From NCBI RefSeq assembly GCF_032191835.1, contig NC_083230.1, positions 84,382,001 through 84,446,000 of the forward strand: a DNA stretch of 64,000 nt, in the 5' to 3' direction. The translations under genes were made by a program, and so were the position numbers. Source of the DNA: Heteronotia binoei. Its lineage: Eukaryota. The notes beneath the pieces are model-generated. The model saw only the letters and a program-made list of their open reading frames with translations. It was not told the DNA's origin and made no database searches. Below, piece after piece: positions 58,778 through 64,000 of this stretch; the stretch's first letter is position 1, and every line of letters starts with the position of its first letter.

Positions 58778-59910
58778 AAGGTGTGAGGTGAGGCACATTG
58801 GGGCAAAAAAAATCCCAACTTCAAATAGAGTCTAATGGGGTCTGAACTTGGTGAGATGGAGAGGGGAAAAGATCTTGGGGTTGCAGTGGATAGTTCAGTG
58901 AAAGTGTCAAGCCAATGTGCAGCAGTGGCAGAAAATGCAAACTCTGTGTTAGGGGTTATTAGGAAAGGACTTGAGAATAAAATGGCCAATATTGTAAAGT
59001 CCTTATGTAGATCTGTGGTGTGGCTTTGCTTGGAATATTGTGTACAATTCTGATCACTGTTTCTCCAAAACAACATTGCAGAGCTGGAAAAAGTACAGAG
59101 GAGGGCAATGAAGATGATGAAGGTTGGATCACCTTCCTTTTGAGGAAAGGCTTAGAACTTAGAAAAGAGACTACTAATGGACATGACAGAGGCTGATAAA
59201 ATTATGCATGGGGTGGAGAGAATTGACAAAGAGAATCTTTCCCCCCTCTGCCAAAATACAAGAACTTGAGGGTATCCAATCATGCTGATGGGCAGTAAGT
59301 ACAGCATGGGCAAAAGGAAATCCTGCTTTACACAGTGAGTGATTAAAATGTGGAATTTGCTGCCAGAGGATGTAGTGATGGCCACAGGAATAAACAGCTT
59401 TAAAAAGGCATTCGATAGATTCATGGAGGATTGTTTAGTCTATCGATGGCTGTTTCTACACTTGACAGAAGATCCCCTCTCAGTGCACATTTAAAATGTT
59501 CATCTACATTGCATACCGCCGTCACTTCTGTCGTGCTTTGCATTATCTTAAGTCGTCTACACTCATTTTCTTGAATTGGCACCGAAAGCGGTTTCACCCC
59601 AGAGTTGCTCATCACTTTACAAGAGTACTTTTGAACAGGAGTTTTCCACTGGCAGGTTCAATGCTCATAAAATCAGAATCAACTGAGTATAGAAACAGCC
59701 AATGACTACTAGCCATGGTGACTGAGGGGAACTTCCACATACACAGAGGTATTAAATCTCTGAATCCCATAGCCAGGAGGCAACATCGGGACGGCTTCTA
59801 TGCCCTATTGTTGGCTGTCCAGAGGAACTGGTTGGCCACTGTGTGAGACAGGATGCTGAACTAGATGGGCTACTCATCTGATCCACCAGAGCTCTTCTTA
59901 TATTCTTATG
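58778..59910 (+). mobile_element. Older CR1 LINE 3' fragment interrupted by a MITE
   Basis: DLGVAVDSSVKVSSQC..LEYCVQF; 3' UTR and cttatattcttatg tail; stops and frameshifts. Confidence 0.85.
59448..59700. mobile_element. PIF/Harbinger-like MITE inserted in CR1
   Basis: 15-bp TIRs GGCTGTTTCTACACT / AGTATAGAAACAGCC; 3-bp flanks GAT/AAT; CR1 sequence resumes on both sides. Confidence 0.7.
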
Positions 59911-62686
59911 CTAAGTGCATGCATAGAGTCCAAGAACGTCATGTCTCCTGCCTCACTTTGCCCACATAATACTGAGAACAGTAGGATAGCAAGGTAAGAT
60001 CACTCATAGGACTTTTCACACAGAGATTTGTCTGTAGTTTGGGTACTAAACCGAGACTGCTTTTATCTGAGGGCTGATACATTCAGGGCTTTTTTTTTTT
60101 TTGCATATTAGGTCACCCCTCCCCCTCGATGTAGCCCGTCCTTCTAGAGCCTACAGTAGACCCTATACGAAGAGCCCTGTAAGCTCTTGGAGGATTGGCT
60201 ACATCAGGGGTGTGTGGCCTAATATGCAAAGGAGTTCCTGCTACAAAAAAGGCTACATGTGATGCAAGTTGAGTCAAGGGTCTCCCAACATGGCTCACCA
60301 TCACACCACTGGGGGACTTGATTGCCAAAAGCAGTCATAGCTTGCAGATGCTTGTGAGTACTGTGAGAGGGGAGGAGGGGCTTCAGGCTTCCCTCCTCCA
60401 CCATTTTCCTGAGCAGAAATGGTCATGGGGGCTACTTACCCTTTTCTTTGGGCTCTGTGTGTCCCTGAAACATGTGACTGAGGGCACTTGGAGCCCGAGA
60501 GAGGAGCCAACAGCTCTCCCCAAGTCAGCTATTTCCACTCAGAAACCAGTGTGGGGAAGGAAGCCTGAAGCCCCTCCTCCCCTCTTGCAGCTCTCACTAG
60601 CCTATGTAATGATCACTTCTGCAGCTGAGTCTGTGTCTGCAATCCACAACGTTGAGGGACCTCCTGACCTGGCTCCCATCACATGTATCATTTAATTGTA
60701 GTGAGCCTCCTCATTTTCCATTTGTTTTTCTGTAGTTCCCTTGTCATTTCTTCCTGCTTTCTCAAATTGGATCAAAGGTGAATTGAGAAAGCACATAGAA
60801 ACCAAGAGGGAAAACCCACAAAAAGACAACAGGTTTTTTTTTTTAAAAAAGGAATAAGGAAACTCAAAGTTTAGCAGTTATACTGTGAGTCAGTGAAAAG
60901 ACCTTCAAGTATCCTCTGGGGCCTGGTGTGTCAGAGTAGGCTTACCTAACCAGATAGTCAGGGCACAGGAGACTCTGGTGGCTTCAATAGGCTCCTCTTT
61001 TGCTTCCATTGGGTGAGGCACTTACACACACTGTGCTAGAATTAAATGAGGCCTCTCTCATACAGGTCTTGGAATGGTAACCAAAACTAGTTTCTGAGAG
61101 CTCACTTTAAGGCGTACACAAATAGATGCATTACAAAGTGGTGGAGAAGATTTCTAAGTTGCCTTGATGCTTGAATAATTCTTCATCTTGTAGCATTTTT
61201 TGTCCTCAGCTCTCAAGGGCTGCTTCCAAAGGTCCTGGACTTCATGCCAGTGAGATTATAGTTCTGGCTTCTTGTCTTCCTGTCATATGGCTCTGATCTT
61301 ATATGACTTCCAGTCACATGTTTGCAGCTCAGTGGGACTCATGGGGACAATCTCAGGTCTGGAATGGTTGAAAGCCAGTATTCTAATTGCTTTTGAGATA
61401 CTTTTCAGAACTGAAAATAAAAGGGTAGGGAAGTCCATAGAGTATTGCTACTGTGCTGGTATAAATGTTGCTGCTGACTGCATGGTGTATTTGAAAAATA
61501 TCTTGTTCGAGTCAGTAAATACATACCCATAAAAATCTACTACAAGCCTCTCTCTGTGTGCCAAAATTCCTGTGTCTGTTGCTCTCCTCAAATAACTCAT
61601 CAGTTAGAATTCTCATCTTGGTGTTGAAAACCATTTGGATAGAGCTGACAAGTATCCTGATCATAATGAAATAAAAAGCCAGCACTTCCACAGCAGGGAA
61701 ATAGTTGATGTTCAAAGTGTGTGTGTGCGTGCAATAAAATGATGAAACTAGCTGATCTTGAGGTTGGATGTTATGTCACACTGCTGACATTTCATCTCTG
61801 TGTTTTTTCTTGCTAGATATTTGCAGTGGCTAATTTCCATTCTGTGTGAGGGGGAGCCATGTTCATTGCTCCCCACAAATCTGAGAGCTGATCTGAAATT
61901 GTTTGTCTCATTTACACTCCTTGTTCTTCTACATTCAATTCTCTCTCTCTCTCTTTCTTGGCCATATCAAAAATATGTGCCCCGCTTTATAAACTCGAAC
62001 AATAACAAAACAATAGAAAAGGGGGAGGAGGTGAGTAAAGACTGGATGAAGAAAAAAGAGACAAACAGCTGAGATAAGCAGAAGAAAAATCCCCAAACTG
62101 TTAAGTCCTGTGCAATTCCTCAGTAACTAGCTAAGAGTCCATCGCTGCCACTGAGATCATTGGCACTTGAATGTGAAGCTATGAATCAGACACATTCCTC
62201 CACTCAGAAATAAATTATATTTCTGGATAGGTGGAGTACTTGTGGGGAGCACGACAACTTTCCTGGGTCTCTCTCAGAGATGAAAAGGAAAGAAGGTGAG
62301 GAAGAAATCTGTTCAGCTGCTGGAGGTAGATTTTCTTTGAGTGCACGAACCAGCCGTAAGCTCCTGAAGAAGGAAAGTCAAACAGAGAGCAGAGCATTCC
62401 ATGATGGCAAAAAAGCAGCGAAGACACAACGCAATTTAATCTATGGACTGGGACAGATGTGCTTCTTCCTGCTTCTCAGGATGGGTAAGAGACATTGATG
62501 ATTGTGACACATAAAGAGGACTGAGGCATCCTGATGACTTCTGTCATTTCATTTGAGACCCAGGATGCTTCAACTAATTTCTGTTTTTTACCCATCATCA
62601 CTTGTGTTTCTCCAGTTGTTAACCTGCCACTGTATGGTGTATGTGCCATAGTTCCTCCTAGTATCAGAGCGCACCTTGTATATTCA

Positions 62687-63763
62687 ATGACGGCAGAGCT
62701 CATTGAAGAAGCTTCATGGGGCAACTTCTCAGATGATGGCAGGCTTGGAGAGGAAAGTCCTGTCACAGGAGTCTTGGGTGCAGTTCTCATCATTATGTTT
62801 CTGATTGGGATGACAGGGAATATTTATGCATTGGTGGTGGCACTTAGTGGTCTGTCTGGTCGCTCAACTGGATCTTTGTGTGTGTACATAATTAACTTGG
62901 CCTTGGCTGACTTACTCTACCTTTCCACCATCCCCTTTGTGGTATGCACATATTTTGCTCGCAACTGGTTCTTTGGGGATTTGGGCTGCAGGATTTTGCT
63001 CAGTTTGGACCTGCTCACCATGCATGCTAGCATCTTCTTGCTTACCACCATGAGCTTGGAGCGTTACTGGGCAGTGGCTAGGCCAATGAGGGCCAGATGG
63101 GCTGGAAAGAGCTACCGCAAAGTTGCCAGTGTAGCTGTATGGCTCCTCTCATTGTTGCTTACCATACCCATGATGGTCATGATCCAGCAGAGAGAAGGCA
63201 TCAGCCATAAACATATCTGCTTTCCCACATGGACTCCTGATGCTTTTCGAGTTTACCTCACAATTCTGTTCAGTACAAGCATCCTGGGGCCTGGTTTGGT
63301 CTTGGGTATAGTGTATTCCTGCCTTGCCCAGGCCTATTGGACCTCCATGAAAGTAATGCAGCCACGAGTGGTGGGCAGGGTTTTGAAACAGAAGCTGTTC
63401 TCCAGGATCTTCAGCATCATCGTAGCCTACTGGGCCTGCTTTGTACCATTCTGGGCCTGGCAACTAGCCAAGTTGTACTGGTCAGAGGATTTGGAGATTG
63501 GCCCCACTGCTCAGGCTTACCTCAACTTTGGTGTGACCTGCTTGACTTATGGTAACAGCTGTATCAATCCATTCCTTTATACCCTGCTCACCAGGAACTA
63601 CCATGAGTACATGGCAGCCCGTGGAGGGGAAAGACAGGGAGGACGGCAAGTTCTCTTCAATAGAAGGAAGTATGAAAAGTCCCGAGCAGAATGCTTACCT
63701 GGAGCTCAAATGCTATGTTGTCACAAGGAGGAATGTTTAAATGAAGGAGGCAAAGGAAAATAA
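62687..63763 (+). CDS. UTS2R-like: Urotensin-II receptor family class A GPCR, intronless; probable start M52 of the 409-aa ORF 62534-63763 (358 aa)
   Basis: Seven TM segments; NLALADLLYL, FGDLGCRILLSLDLLTMHASIF (TM3 Asp), ERY, ECL2 ICFPTW, YWACFVPFW, TCLTYGNSCINPFLYTLLTRNY are near-identical to recalled UTS2R motifs; N-glycan site NFS after MTAEL. Confidence 0.9.
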   Translation: MTAELIEEASWGNFSDDGRLGEESPVTGVLGAVLIIMFLIGMTGNIYALVVALSGLSGRSTGSLCVYIINLALADLLYLSTIPFVVCTYFARNWFFGDLGCRILLSLDLLTMHASIFLLTTMSLERYWAVARPMRARWAGKSYRKVASVAVWLLSLLLTIPMMVMIQQREGISHKHICFPTWTPDAFRVYLTILFSTSILGPGLVLGIVYSCLAQAYWTSMKVMQPRVVGRVLKQKLFSRIFSIIVAYWACFVPFWAWQLAKLYWSEDLEIGPTAQAYLNFGVTCLTYGNSCINPFLYTLLTRNYHEYMAARGGERQGGRQVLFNRRKYEKSRAECLPGAQMLCCHKEECLNEGGKGK

Positions 63764-64000
63764 TTAACTCCCAAGACAAATTGTAACCAAGATACAGAAG
63801 AGTTCTATGGATACTCAGTGTATTAAATATATTTGTACCCTTCAAGCTGTCTCTTCTCTTACTGAACAGCACTGCAATTATCTCCTTTCATTTGGGAAGT
63901 ATTCATGCATTACATTGTTCTCAAGATAATCATTGCAGCTATCTGCTGACAGTCAAACCATGTGAAACTATAAGCATGAATCACTATCATGCTTTGCTTT

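Noticed and set aside
62534-62686. First 51 codons of the 409-aa GPCR ORF as true N-terminus
   Set aside because: No receptor similarity, and it contains an acceptor-like cttgtgtttctccag (~62613). M52 gives a typical length with an NFS glycosylation site. Not proven.
1-64000. CRISPR array, operons or endogenous viral coding genes
   Set aside because: Vertebrate intron-exon DNA; no spaced repeat arrays or viral ORFs were recognised apart from a solo LTR.

Overview
Vertebrate genomic DNA, almost certainly a squamate. Sauria SINEs, a 5S-headed SINE, Squam3-type SINEs, CR1, L2 and BovB are present, and the SINE mix suggests a gecko. Four host genes were reconstructed by hand with GT-AG splice sites and consistent reading frames. 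(1) The first coding exon of TRIOBP (- strand; the gene runs off the left edge). (2) A complete 6-exon NOL12 (- strand, 212 aa). (3) A complete 11-exon ArfGAP-with-dual-PH (ADAP/centaurin-alpha) gene (+ strand, 378 aa), head-to-head with NOL12. (4) An intronless urotensin-II-receptor-family GPCR (+ strand). The ADAP and UTS2R genes sit beside NOL12-TRIOBP, where human 22q13 has neither, so they look like paralogues lost in mammals. The most striking observation is in the ADAP protein. It keeps its zinc finger and both PIP3-binding PH arginines, but the ArfGAP catalytic arginine finger is replaced by Cys (CSGIHR -> CSRIHC), suggesting a natural pseudo-GAP or a shifted Arg finger. Transposon oddities include an RTE-like fragment flanked by ~233-bp direct repeats, a 1.3-kb solo LTR, a degenerate Penelope-like element, Penelope-type termini with hammerhead-like cores, a young CR1 with an open RT ORF, many hAT MITEs with 8-bp TSDs, and a perfect 27-bp palindrome abutting a MITE end. 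Family and orthologue assignments come from recalled sequence motifs, not from database searches.
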